A DNA stretch of 52,445 bases, the filler included, from Bipalium vagum (Eukaryota), in assembly GCA_037834085.1 (NCBI GenBank). It is 3 parts of 3 records of this genome, joined end to end, with 100 filler letters (N's around TTAATTAATTAA, not from the genome) between each part and the next. Parts side by side here need not be neighbours in the genome. Positions count along the whole stretch, not along the records: positions 31,979 to 52,445 come from JBBMKC010252636.1; 2 more parts are not named here. One strand, written 5' to 3'. Every line of letters starts with the position of its first letter. The first letter of the stretch is position 1. This document shows positions 50,925 to 52,445 of this stretch, piece after piece. A program made the translations under genes and the position numbers. Under the pieces are notes generated by a model. The model was not told the DNA's origin and ran no database searches. It was given only the letters and a program-made list of their open reading frames with translations.

Positions 50925-52442
50925 CCGTATTTGTCGGACTAAGCCGCACCACAAAAGCAGAAATGTATTATAATTTAGGTGTTGCGACTAATAGTCCGAT
51001 GCGGCCTATACATTGATGGTAAAAATTCTTAAAATTTTCTGACTCCAATAAAAAATAAATATGTTTGTTTAAGTAGTCTTTAAGCATCTCATTTAAAATG
51101 TCTAATATACAATTATAATCATTTACGTTTTTTACGATGTAACAAATTATTTGTGATATGTTTATATTTAAACATCAAATTTACGTTATAATAAATGTTT
51201 TAAATTTTTATCCATGAAACGATCATCATATAGCGCAGAATAAAAATTAAAAGCGATTGAATTAGCTAAAGAAAGTGAAAATCGGAAAGCTGTAGAACTT
51301 AATGAGTCAATAATCAGAAGATGGAGGAAGCAAGAAGATGAGCTGAGACTGGCCAAAAGTCTTGTAAAAGCTTTCATGGAAACACTCCACGATGGCCAAA
51401 GCTCAAGAAGATGATCTTAAACATTTGGTCCTTGAAATGCGGTCACTCGGTAAAAGCATCTCAAGAGTCTCTATGCAGCTCAAAGCCAATACATTAGCTA
51501 AAGAAATGGGAATTATGAATTTCACAGGAACACAATCTTGAATCAGAATTCTCCAGATTCATGAAACGAAATAATCTTTCGATTCGGTGCAAAACTACTT
51601 TAGCCCAATGTCTTCCTGCCAATTTTAAAGAAAAGGCAAGTATATTCCGTGAATTTTGTCAAAAGAAAAATTAATTTTTTTTAAGAGAAAAACATTGCAT
51701 AAAGGTAAATTCCATGACGGAGTTGTGGTGAAGGCGAATGAAAAAGAATGGATGAACAAGGAATTAATGCGAGTTTGGTTAAATGAAGTTTTTATTAAAA
51801 GACCAAGTGGGTTTTCCCACACGTCATCCTCAATGCATGTCTGTGATTCAATACGTGTCCATCTTACCGAAGCTGTAAAGTCATTAGTAAAACGAGCCAA
51901 TACGTTTTAACGGTTATCCCAGGTGGATTAACTAAGATTCTTCAACCTCTTGATATTTCAGTCAATAGATCATTTAAAGCCAAATTAAGAAAAACTTGGG
52001 AACAGTGGATGACATCAGGAGATCATACTTTTACTAGAACAGATAGACAGCGAAGAGTTGATTATGTGATAATTGAATGGATTTTTGAAGCTTGGAACAT
52101 TATCTCAACATCAACAATTAATAATGGCTTTGTTAAAGCAGGCATAATTAATAGTTTTGACGTACAAAGAAAAGTACAAACAGAAAATTCCGCTGTGAAT
52201 TCAGATAAAACTTTTGATTATGATGAAACTTTTGAATTCTTACAAAACTAATAAAATAATTTGGTAAATATATTATTTAGTGTTACTAGTCGATTTCTGT
52301 TAAACTGATTTATTTGAAATGTGTCTAAACTCCTCACACTTCGTATTTTAATAACGCGGCTTATAGTCCGATGCGGCTTATACGTTAATTTTGTATTCTG
52401 TGCAAAACTTTCAGAGTGCGGTTTATAGTCCGACAAATACGG
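50925..52442 (+). mobile_element. pogo-superfamily (Passer/POGK-like, DD35D) element with both TIRs; transposase inactivated
   Basis: TA+CCGTATTTGTCGGACTA ... TAGTCCGACAAATACGG+TA. Coding remnant 51214-52251: MKRSSYSAE*KLKAIELA (Brinker-like DBD), CENP-B HTH, and D-SIRVH...IPGGLTKILQPL-D with 35 residues between the Asp after restoring one frameshift. Confidence 0.92.
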
Positions 52443-52445
52443 TAC

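Overview
Very AT-rich eukaryotic genomic DNA, not prokaryotic. The 43-61 bp introns, (AAT)n tracts and the mariner/rosa/Merlin/NeSL-type transposon load suggest a triclad flatworm, but this is inference. Two artificial N44-TTAATTAATTAA-N44 gap linkers split the window into three contigs. Two host genes are supportable. (1) The terminal coding exon (TM4-TM7) of an NPY/NPF-type neuropeptide GPCR lies on the minus strand at 20078-20956; its TM1-TM3 exon is not visible. (2) A multi-exon plus-strand gene, seen only as fragments in the ORF track, was reconstructed by hand as 8 phase-consistent GT-AG exons (41988-49171, about 705 codons). It encodes a highly divergent Kidins220/ARMS-like four-TM KAP-family P-loop protein with an erased Walker A motif and an apparently eroded ankyrin region. 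The rest is mostly decayed transposons: many mariners (one nested in another), rosa/DD41D, Tc1/IS630-like, pogo/Passer, Merlin, a MULE interrupted by a solo-LTR-like insert, and an RLE-type non-LTR retrotransposon. There is also an internally deleted tRNA-Ala, and an unexplained open, CpG-rich orphan segment at about 22650-23430. All homology calls come from manual motif recognition, not database searches.
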